A stretch of DNA of 64,000 bases from Eremomyces bilateralis CBS 781.70 (Eukaryota), in the NCBI GenBank assembly GCA_010015585.1, contig ML975156.1; one strand, given 5' to 3'. Position numbers and translations under genes: made by a program. Position 1 is the stretch's first letter, and each line of letters starts with the position of its first letter. Below, piece by piece: positions 37,899 through 48,546 of this stretch. Under the pieces are notes generated by a model. It had not been told where the DNA came from. It saw nothing but the letters and a program-made list of their open reading frames with translations, and did no database searches.

Positions 37899-38789
37899 AT
37901 GCGCTTTATCTCCGCCGCCGCCGCCGTCTCTTTCTTCGTCGCTCTTACCGTCGCGCAAGCAGACTTTAGAGGGCTTCCCGACTGCTCCGTAAGCTGAACC
38001 TCCTATACTCTAGAAATCCGAGTTTAAGAGCCAAATCACTAATATTCCTTCCTTGATAGCTCTCCTGCGCCATCGACACCGTCGGCAGCTGCAGTACTTC
38101 CGATGTTAAATGCATTTGCACCAACCCAGAGCTGATTAGCGAGCTCGCGTGCTGCATCTCGGACCTCTGTAGTACGGCTGACCAACAAGGTACGCTTCTC
38201 CCGCCCCTTTTAGTAGTACTATGAATATCTGAAGTACTAATACGTCGCATCTATAGCTACTATCAGCTTCATCAGTACCATCTGCAGTAGTTACGAACTA
38301 TCCGTCCCTACCTCCGCATCTTGCCCTACGAGATCCTCTCAGATCTCATCTCTCAGTGCGACCGGGTTCCGTACTGGGATCCCGGCTCCCGTTGCGGCTC
38401 CTTCTGGTAGTCCCACCTCACAAGGCGATAGTACTACAACAACAGTCACCCCACCGGCCGGAACCAGTGCTGGCGGTAGTACCGGGCTCAGTACCGCCGT
38501 GAGCGCCGGGATAGGCGTCAGTGTGGCAGTTGGCGTGCTGCTCTCTTGTGCCATTGGATTTTTCATATTCCGGGTATTGGCAAAGAAACGGAAGGAGGAA
38601 ACCACCAGTGGGGGAACCGACGTGGAGACGAGCTATCTGGACTTGCCAGAACTTGGTGATTCCGTTCATGGCAAGAGTATATCAGAACTTAACGATCCTG
38701 TTCGTGTCGAAGAGTTAGATGGAAGTATGAGCATATTGTCCGAAATGGGAACTAATGATGAACCGAGGGCAGAACTGGAGGGAAGCTGA
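37899..38789 (+). CDS. CFEM-domain single-pass membrane protein
   Basis: Signal peptide MRFISAAAAVSFFVALTVAQ; LPDCS|LSCAIDTVGSCSTSDVKCICTNPELISELACCISDLCSTADQQ|ATISFISTIC; Ser/Thr stalk; TM GIGVSVAVGVLLSCAIGFFIF; LPEL/EELDG/AELEG tail. Two introns, reading frame intact. Confidence 0.88.
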
Positions 38790-39411
38790 CAGAATAGTAA
38801 AAGGGGACGGTGGATGGGGTCAATTTATGTTGCCTTAACTTAATACAGATTTTCAATGCACCAATCTTACCGTATAGGTAATGTGGATGATGTTAGGTTA
38901 CCCATTGCAGTGAGCCCAGTCTAGTGAGCGATGGCCTATGACAGGACGCTGCTCATGTGTCTAAAAGTCAGGGCATTACAGAGGCTCCTTCATTTAGTCA
39001 AATTCAAACGACTCCAGCCTTGGACCCGGCAGCACCGGCACAGGCAATAAGTAAGAGAATCCATGTTAGGCGGCAAGGGGCATCAGTTAACTGGACATTC
39101 AGATGGAACAGTGCAGCAAGGCTGCGCCTTCGGTAGCATTACAGATCTCGGCTACAGACCAGAAAGCAACGATATCGACTCCGCCTTATTTCAGCCTTTC
39201 TCCTTCCATCTTGGATGAAATAAATGGTACGTTGTTCTTGGGCCCTACCTAGCCTGCCTCCCATCTCCTCTTCTCAACACGCTTTTCGCATTTCCCAAGC
39301 TCCTTGCGCTCCCTTCATTGATCGATCTTAGATTGAACCGCTACTGAGCTGTCCTTTCTCTTGAGGGATTAAGTTTGCATTCCACAATAAAACGCTACAC
39401 AACCGAGGACC

Positions 39412-42400
39412 ATGGATGATTTAGATCTCCACCGAATCGACCAGATCAAAGCAGCTTTGAAAGACAAAAAGCTCGTCATTGTGACTGGGTCAGGAGTAAC
39501 ATTGAATGCCACGGCGACTCTCTCCGGCGATGCACTAGATGAGTTGTCATGGACTGGCTTGATCAATCATGGACTCGACTTTCTCGTCAAAAGCGGCAAG
39601 GTTGAGGCGGATGATGACGATTTAAGAAACGCACGAAAAAAGCTTAAAGATCCCAAGCCCAGCTCAAAACAACTGCTACGGGCAGCAGGAAGATTGAAGG
39701 AGCTTTTGGAAGACACCGACCAACTGTCAAACTGGCTGGACTATAGGTTCGGTAAGCTGTCAAAGCAAGTCAGGCATCCTGGCATCCTGAATGTTTTGAA
39801 GTCCTTCCACGAGAACGGTACTCAACTGCTCACAACAAACTACGATGATCTTCTGGAGGAAGGATATTGTAAATTAACCCGTATCGGGCGGATGGATCAT
39901 CAGCAACTCCGGAAATTCCAGAGCGGAAATTTGCGCGGCGTCGTTCACCTGCACGGCAGCTTCCATGACCCCAACGACGTTATCCTCGATGCAACGGATT
40001 ACTACAAAATCGCCTCGTCAAACGACATCCAGGAACTTCTGAGGTCGATTTGGAACACGCATACTATCTTATTCGTTGGTTGTGGATCCGGGTTGGAGGA
40101 CCCAAACTTCGGCGCGCTGTTGGATTGGGCGAAAGAAGATCAGAAAAATATCGCGGATCGGCATTTTCTCTTGGTTTCTACTGAGGATCGGTTCGACTTC
40201 CCGCGTCTGATGCGGTTGGAATTTGGCACAAGCTATGCAGACCTAGTGCCTTTCTTACAGCGACTTCTGGACGACCCGCGACGACCAGCAGCAGGGCCAG
40301 CGTCAGGTGCGCAATCCTCTTAGTGCTTTTAGATATTCCTGTGACTCCGTGTATATCCACCGAATAGCGAATGGATCTGATGTACTCCGTATGTGTTGGT
40401 ATAATGACGTGTTTTTACCGGATAGTCGATCGTTCTAAAGTCCTTGCGTCTGATGATGAGGCTCGGAGCCTCAAAAAGGAGAAAGACGGTTTGTGTCGCC
40501 CTGTCCGAACTCCAGCCTTGATTGAGAGAACTAACAGGTTACAGACTGCCTCAACTCCATCGGATTTCCCGACATCAACGCACGGAGGCTGAACATAGCC
40601 GATGCCCATCCCGATACGTGCGACTGGCTATTTCAAACCGCTGAGTTCATAGAGTGGCGGGACCGCACCGACCTACCGAACCACAATGGTGTACTCTGGA
40701 TCAAAGGCAAACCGGGCGTGGGGAAGTCAACGTTGATGAAGCATGCACTGGACCACCTTGAGAACATTTTCGCCGACCACTCGATCATATCGTATTTCTT
40801 CAACGCTCGAGGCGGAATTCTCGAGAAGTCTCCTCTCGGCATGCTCCGGTCGATCGTGTACCAGCTCGTGAACAAAGATGCTGTCCTGTATGAACATTTC
40901 CTCTCCATGTTTCGTGAGAAGAAAAGACTTCAAAGACAAGAAGTCCCTGAGTGGCAAGAGTCGGAATTGAAGGACTTTATAATGTCGGAAATAAGGCAGT
41001 GGAAACGGAAGCCACTTGTCCTTCTTCTTGACGCGCTAGATGAGTGTAACGAGCCAAATGTGCGAGAGGTAGTTAGATTTCTCGAGGACCTGAGTATTTA
41101 TGCTGTTAGAGCTGGTGGTACCTTGAGGACTTGTCTCTCGAGTCGTCACTATCCCCACGTTAGCATAAAAAAGAGCCTGGAATTCACGGTGGAGAGGATT
41201 AGGGATCACGATAAGGATATAGCGAGGTATACCCAAGAAAGGTTGATACAAATGTATGACGGTGTGGACCGGGAAGATATCCACAACGTCACCAAGGAGA
41301 TCCGAGAAAGAGCAAATGGGATTTTCTTGTGGGTCGTCCTTGTTGTTTCTCTGCTCAATATAGCCTACGACAAGGGCCGCGTTGAAGCAATGCATAAGAC
41401 ATTGGAAGAAGTACCGAACGATCTCGAGGAACTGTTCAACACGATTTTGAGCAAGGGAGATGAACATAAGGACGAGACAACGCTCATGCTGCAATGGGTG
41501 CTCTTCTCTCGGCGACCGCTGGGGCCCGAAGAGCTCTTCTTCGCCGTAACTAATTGGATCGAACCCAAAGTCAGCAGCGAGGTTATCCATCGACGCATCA
41601 CCGAGTCTTCTAGGGGCCTGATCGAAGTCCGAAAAGGGTATGCCTCGGTGCAATTCATTCACTTATCGGTCAAGGACTTCCTCCTTCGAAACCGTAGGCT
41701 ACTGACACTGGACCCGACGCTGGGACCGGAGCCTATCAGCGCTAGTCATGGTCGATTGTGGGCGTGCTGCTGGGCCTGTATTGAGCGAGTGAACACGGGG
41801 TGATAAATCAGCAGAGCGCGTGGGCGCTAAGAAATCGACCTTTCCACGTGTATCCGGTCAGGCATGTGTTCAATCATGCAGACAAGGCAGCTTCGGAAGG
41901 TATCATGAAAGAGACTATCTCACAGTGGCTACGGAAGCACAAGGACTGGTTTGAGTGGTGGAAAACATATATCAGGGCAACAGTACATATTAGCCCAACT
42001 AGCCCCGGGATGGAGCATCTAGTGACAACAGCGGACGCACAGGTAGGACTTCTTTACACGTTATCAGTTCTTGGTCTTCAACAATTGGTCCAGTACGTTC
42101 TGACTGGGAAATACGACGACGTCAACGCGCAAGGGGGGAAATACGGCACCGCGCTCCAAGCCGCGGCGCGTTTTGACCATAACGAGGTGGTCAAGCGGCT
42201 GCTAGATAGCGGCGCCAACGTTAACGCGGAAGGCGGGGTATACGGTACCGCGCTCCAAGCCGCTGCGGCTACTGGTTACCAAGAGGTGGTCGAGCAGCTG
42301 TTAGACCGCGGCGCCAACGTTAACGAGCAAGGTGGGAAATACGGTGCCGCACTCCAAGCGGCGGCGGTTTTTGGCCACGAAAAGGTGGTCGAGCAGCTGC

Positions 42401-42619
42401 TGACGCGTGGCGCTAATGTGAACCCACAAGCCGGCGGGTATTACGACACCGCTTGTTGCGGCGGCAGTTTATGGCCACGAAAAGGTAGTCGAGCAGTTAC
42501 TCGCGAGTGGTGCCAACGTTAACGCACAAGGCGGGAAGTCCGACACCGCACTCCAAGCAGCAGCGGCTAGAGGGCACACAAAAATAGTCGAACAGCTACG
42601 GGCACATGGTGGGAAATGA
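39412..42619 (+). pseudogene. NLR-like protein: SIR2_2 (putative NADase) - NACHT - ankyrin repeats; two frameshifts (pseudogene or assembly errors)
   Basis: SIR2-like motifs VTGSGVT, TTNYDDLLE, HLHGS and LFVGCGSGLEDPNF. Phase-1 introns (40307-40425, possibly split by a 21-nt mini-exon; 40489-40544) join them in frame to HPDTCDWL..WIKGKPGVGKSTL (Walker A), LLLDALDEC (Walker B), GIFLWVVL and VQFIHLSVKDFL. About 5 ankyrin repeats follow. Frameshifts at ~41800 and ~42451. Confidence 0.85.
42121..42616 (+). repeat. Five ~99-bp ankyrin-coding tandem repeats with high internal similarity
   Basis: Units start at ~42121, 42220, 42319, 42418 and 42518 with the pattern GTxAACGCxxAAGGxGGGxxxTACGGxACCGCxCTCCAAGC (VNAQGGKYGTALQAAA..GH..VVEQLL..GAN). 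Confidence 0.9.
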
Positions 42620-43641
42620 GGAGAATTGGCGATCCTTATACGACCGTCCAGTATTCAAGAGAGCTCCATTGCAACTTGTTGAGGTATTAGACTGCAATCG
42701 AGAGGATTTTGAAGACTGTTCGTTTTTTTCTCTTTCTTGACTCTCCATGTAATTGAGAGATCCACCGGGAAGGTGAGGATGGGGGACAGTTGACAGGTAT
42801 TGAAAGGGTTGGGAATACGCTTCAGTGTCGTAGGAAGGAGTCGTTTAGATAGCGTAGACTAAACTTGGGCATCCTCCATGATTAAGTAAGGCAGCAAAGA
42901 AAGGCAATAGTAGGTAACCAGTTAGGGCATTGATGACTTGAAATCAGGGTTGAATTCTTGAAAGCGCTGTTGGAGACCTGATGAACAATGGGTACTTCGG
43001 CTTTCTTGTCTCAAAAGCATAGCAACGGGGACTGGATATCCATGCATTCCCCCTCCAGATTCGACAGCGACTGGATGGATGCAGCACGCAATCCCGATGC
43101 TATGTTTGGAGTATGATAGGTGGATGGGATGATGAAGTTCAAACGAGAGCTCGAAAAAGGGGGAAACTTCAGTTCGACGGCTGCCTTTAAACCTCAGGCA
43201 GCGAATCGAACAGACTTTAATGTCATGTGACATGCTCACCTGAGCAGGATGCTATTAATAACATTCGTGTAGTCATCAGAAACCTATTACCTATTGTTGT
43301 CTTCTCATAAGAGAAAATGGTATCGAAACTCGGAGATATGCCTTCCTTCTTGAGCCCGGAGTTAGGTGTCAACGATGTTACGAATACCATGATGTGCCTG
43401 CTGGGAGAATGGTCGGACAAATCGGGGGCCGACTTTGGAAGTCGGAGGTCTCGGCCACCAGTGGGCCAGTGGACTGGTTCATGTCGAAAAGGTGGTGTCC
43501 AATGTGATACGAACGGTCAAAGAGTAATATGGCCATGGCGATCGGACCTACATTTATTCATTCCTTCGTTAACTCCGGTCTATCGTTCATTTAAAGTCCT
43601 AATACCCTCACTCTTCCTGCTGCGTTAGTTGCGAACCGCTC

Positions 43642-45048
43642 ATGTCCCGATATAAGTCTTCCATACAACGACTGCTCAAGCAGCGCAGTTTCCACCGTAC
43701 AGCATTGGTGTCGTCCAGTATGACTTCCGCGATCTTGTATTCCGCGACAATATCCCCGGCGAAAATTACGGGGGCGGTGCCGGAAGATGCCCCGGAATTG
43801 GAGCACCATTTGAAGGGGAAGAAGGGGTTCAGGAATCCGTGGACATCGTGGAAGGACATCACGTTTTGGGGTGCGCTCAAACTCATATTCACAGGGTATG
43901 GCATGCCTTGGAATAATTCTACGATGACTATTAATCGATGATATGAAGTGGAATACCCAATCCAGATACCACACAGTGTACGATCCCAGTTCGCAAGCCT
44001 CAATTCCCCACCACCCGCGAAACCTCCACTCTCCGTGCAACCTGGCTCGGCCACGCCTCCTTCTACGTCGAGTTCCCCTCGGGCTTCCGCGCGCTCTTCG
44101 ACCCCGTCTTCGAACCCCGGTGTTCGCCCGTGAGCTTCTTGGGACCCAAACGCTACACGCCTCCGCCCGTGGAGGTCGAGGACATCCCGATCATCGACGC
44201 GGTGATCATCTCGCACAACCACTATGACCACCTCTCGCTGCCGACGCTGACGAAGATCAAGGAGCTGCATCCGAACGTACAGTTCTTCGCGCCGCTGGGG
44301 AATAAGGAGTGGTTTGTGAGCTGCGGGTTCCATAATATTACGGAATTGGACTGGTGGGAGAGTCGGGATGTGAAGTTGTCGTCGACGGCGAAGCCGGCGG
44401 TGGCGAAGGTGGGGCATGATTTGGCTGGAGATCAGGGACAGAATGGGATTGTGCCCGACATTGAGGCGACGATTGGGTGCCTGCCGTGCCAGCATATCAG
44501 TTCCCGGACGCCATTTGACCGAGGGCATACGCTCTGGGGATCGTGGAGCGTTGAGAGCGGTGGCAAGAAGCTCTGGTTCGGAGGGTACGTGTATCATTTA
44601 TCTCCCCTTTCCCCCCTATTTCGCATCCTAACCATCTCTCAGTGACACTGGCTACCGCGGCGTCCCCTCCCTCCCTCCAAGCGAAGACGACTACGGCCCA
44701 GAGCACGACTATCCCCACTGCCCCGCCTTCAAATCTATCGGTGAACTCCGCGGGCCGTTCGACCTAGGACTCATCCCCATCGGCGCCTACGAGCCACGAC
44801 ATTTCATGTCGCCGATGCACGCGAATCCATACGACAGCGTCAACATCTTCATCGACACGCAGTGCAAGAAAGCGCTCGGGATGCACTGGGGCACTTGGGT
44901 ATTGACGGGCGAGGAGGTGATGCAGCCGCCGGAGGTGTTGAAGAAGGCGATGGCGTGGAAGGGGTTGCCAGAGACGGGAGTGTTTGATGTGTGTGATTTG
45001 GGAGAGACGAGGGAGTTTGAGGAAGAGCAATCGGTTGCGAAGTTATGA
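43642..45048 (+). CDS. FMP30: N-acyl-phosphatidylethanolamine phospholipase D (metallo-beta-lactamase fold), Fmp30-like
   Basis: [77 protein letters not shown]. Introns at ~43896-43948 and ~44586-44642. Confidence 0.92.
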
Positions 45049-45280
45049 TGCGCTCGTTCAATGACATAGAGGTCCTTCATCACGACTGGTTGAAGGCAGG
45101 TTGGATAGGGTGTTGGCCAGTGGAGGACTCGGCTGTGATACCCAACTTTTATTTTATACAAATTGCTAATATCTCTCACCAGGATTTCCCGGCTCCTAGC
45201 TGTTATATCCAACTCAAACGCTCTTTAATCCCATAATAACGCCTGCTCCACCAATCTCCACCAACTCCTCCTCCTCACCC

Positions 45281-46086
45281 TCACAACTCTGCAAACACCA
45301 CCCCCATCACCACCATCATCACCATCGCCACCACCGGCACCCTCCATGCCACCACCGGCACCCTCCATGCCACATCCATCTTCTCCGCCGCCCCCGTCCC
45401 CCCTCCCTGCTCTACCACATCCCCCCCTCCACCACTAATGCTCGCCCCCTCCGTCAGCGCAAACGTCTCATTGAAAGGATCCGGCATCGCGCTCGTCGGC
45501 GCGGCCGTCTGCAGCGGGTTCACGTCCGTGAGAAGCGGCTCGTTCGAGAGGGTCATGGAGGGGTAAGTGGAGGTTTCGGCGGGTAGGAAGGTGGTGAGGA
45601 GGAAGGTGGTGGAAGGGGTGGGTTTGAGGGTGGCCATTGAGGTGGAGGGGGTTCAGAAGTGGGAGGTGAGAGAGGCTTCCGGGGGATGTATTAGTGGTGA
45701 ACTCACTTTGCGGGGTGGATCGGGGAAGGGAGTGAGCAGAAGACATACTTTGTTGTTCGTGAGGACTACACTGCTCTATGATGGCTTGTTTCAGTCCGGC
45801 GATAACGGTCTCATTCTTGCAGACAGGTGGGGTCGGTCAACGCGCAGCCGCTGTCCACGATGTCGTTGAGAATATATCCTAGCTGTCCCTGCCGCTTCTA
45901 TCACTTTTCAGTTTGATTTTTTCGCGCCTCCGATGCTGCGGAACATTTCGCCGGGTTGGGACAGGTGTGGAGGGTATCAAGCAGCAAACTCACTGCGCAT
46001 GGTGGGAGGTCGACGAGGCTTTGCGCGACGACGATGGGCGACAATGATAGGGTGAGTAATTGTGTGAGGACAATCCGTTGGATTAT
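45281..46086 (-). pseudogene. Degraded GPI-anchored CFEM protein
   Basis: Reconstructed reading: (ATA)IQRIVLTQLLTLSLSPIVVAQSLVDLPPCA|LG(Y)ILNDIVDSGCALTDPTCL/CKNETVIAGLKQAIIEQCSPHEQQ|TSLTSHF*TPSTSMATLK.., then a Thr-rich stalk and hydrophobic GPI-type C-terminus. There is no ATG, a frameshift at ~45820 and a TGA at 45655-53. Confidence 0.7.
45327..45373. repeat. 21-bp tandem duplication
   Basis: GCCACCACCGGCACCCTCCAT occurs twice, encoding VAWRVPV twice on the minus strand. Confidence 0.9.
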
Positions 46087-48546
46087 CTTATTGTTGTGTT
46101 ACCTCTCCCTTCTTTAGGCTTCTGCGTCTTCATCGCCTCGAGGTCCGTTGAGATGAGGATATATGACCGATGGACACACTATGGGTGCATCGTATCCCGC
46201 TATATTTTGACTAACTCCATTAATTTCTCAGATTTTTTCCTCACCCGTATGTCGATTGATGCTTTTGTCTTCTCTATTTTCGGATATGTGGTGCAGCCTT
46301 AGCTTGTACCACGTTTCCGCGTCCAGCGTCTGAGCACGCCAGGAATGTAACCGAACCACAGGTCTCACGATAGAATGTCATTACCAGCCACTCGGCACTT
46401 GCTGGACTGGAGTGCTTGTCTGTCTCTGTCGCTTCGGTTGTTCTAGACATAGTCCTCTTTGTTTTCGTGTCTGCTTGTCACCAGTCGTATGACGTAACTT
46501 GCCTTCGACAACCGTATCCATCCTTTGACGTTTGAAAGGGGAACGCCAGACAGACGCTTCTGCATTTGGGTACATTACCACATAAGAGTCGACATCACCT
46601 TCCTCCAGTATGATTCTTCAGTCAACGATCGATTCGAAGCCGAGCGACGTGGGGACCAGCGGTTTGCCTCCGGCATGTTCGCGATACCGATATATGCACG
46701 CCACTCCTTCTCGTATTTCTCCCCCAAGTCGCCAGAATACGGGGTACATAGACCAAGGATGAGTTTCGACGATCCAAAGGCGTCATACTCTCGGTATGGT
46801 TCTTCCTCTTCCCAGGAACATTCAGACGCTCTCGACTTCATGATCCCTCCTTTTGCAATGCACTTCGCTAATTATCACCTTCTCCCCTACAGGACGATGC
46901 ACGCTCACACCGTCAAACAAATTGAGCATCTCTCTCCCCACATGCCGAAATCTCCACCACCGACGTTCAAACCACACAGCCCTACCTTGACCGGACTTTC
47001 CAGAACCAAGCAGCCAGGAGTGCTGCTCTGCTCCCCTCGAGTTTCGAGCGCACGTCCTAATCTTTCCGAACCCGCGACCCTGATTAGCCCATTGGCGCTG
47101 TCTTCGCTGCTTGGGAAACCGCGGTCGACATGTCATGTTGAATCCGGACTAGGGGCGAAGACGCTGCAGCCGGGACAGGGTTCGGATATGAAGACGCCTT
47201 CCAATACCACGCCGAGCAAAGAAGAGGGGGGAGAGCGGAGTGGCGCTGAAGCAGATGAAACGAGCCAGGGAAGAAGACCTGAGAACGGTCGCCAATGTCA
47301 GGGATCGAGGATACCAGGAGGATGAGTTTGGGGAATCCGGCAATGCTGGAGTTGGAGGGGGGAAAGAAGAATCGGAATCGAAATCGTTTGGGACTGAGGT
47401 TGGGATGGTTGGGGAGGATGCGGGAACGATGATCGAGGATTGAAGACCGGCTAGAAGCTCGAATGCACGTCGGAAATTACCTTATGAGATGTGATTTAAT
47501 GAGATGTGGTGTGTATGCATGTTGAGCGAGGATATGCTGTCCGTAGCTTTTGCTATTGACCTAGCATAGCGAATGCGAAATTCATCAGATGTCCCTGATC
47601 CTCATGTCCCGTTTCAGATGCGACCATTATTAATATTCCCCGACATATTATTGAGTTTCGAGGATTGGAGTTCGGACTTATTTGCTTCTCGAGTCATTGA
47701 CACCCAATGACCGTCATTATTCCGTACCGATGCGGATGAGCGGATCTGCAGGGCCTTGAGCAAAGGCTAGGATGATTCCGTCCTGGTGCGTTGGTCACTT
47801 GGTCTGTTCCCTTAGACAACTTGACCATTTGACAAACTTGGAAGTTGGAACGGTAAGGTATTGTGACCTGGTGATTGATATTCCATCAAAGACCACTTCA
47901 ATATCGTGCCGACGGACCTTCTGCCACGTCAACCTCCATCGCAAAACACCGTTTATATGCAGTTTTGATGCAATTGAGCAGTACGATACACCACTAAAAT
48001 GGAGCCGCGACGGCCATGCACGATGACATCTTCGACGGGTACCCCTCTCGACTTGCATAAATTGTAGAGCTGGTGGCGGGCTGATGAACGGTTTATGGGT
48101 CGCTTAACCCGTCACGGTTAAGCGTCTGGTATATTCATGGATAATGGATCCTCATAATGGATTCACTACAGCAGGATCCTCCGCTAGGCCCACTTGCATC
48201 GCGTGCTTCGAACACGGACTTTGTTGGCCTGAGTCCTGGTTCATAAAGTCAATTGAACAAGATTGATAGTTACAGGAATTCCGTTACTACAGGTTCCAAT
48301 ATCCATTCAATGTCGATGCCAGACAAAGAGTATTCCAACACCAAATTTCATTGATCCCATCCCTTGCAGACAATAACAAGAGAATCTTAGGATCATCATC
48401 TTACCCTTTAAAAATCCGTTATCTATCTTGTCAGATGCGGATATCTACACCTTGAATCTAGAGTCTACTTACCTCTTACATATTCCTCGTCTCTCGTTAT
48501 ACAATTCCCCATTCTATAGATACAATCTTTTGGATACATCCTCAAC

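Noticed and set aside
42121..42616. Regularly spaced repeats resembling a CRISPR array
   Set aside because: They are 99-bp protein-coding ankyrin units in a eukaryotic gene, with no unique spacers or cas genes.
30224..45655. In-frame TGA at expected Cys positions in two genes (30224 and 45655), suggesting UGA recoding to Cys or Sec
   Set aside because: Both genes also carry frameshifts, and TGA is the normal stop of many intact genes here. Single TGY>TGA substitutions in pseudogenes explain it.
46525..47443. 266-aa ORF plus an overlapping acidic 67-aa ORF, joinable at a G run near 47226
   Set aside because: Low complexity, non-ATG start, no motif and no clear gene model.
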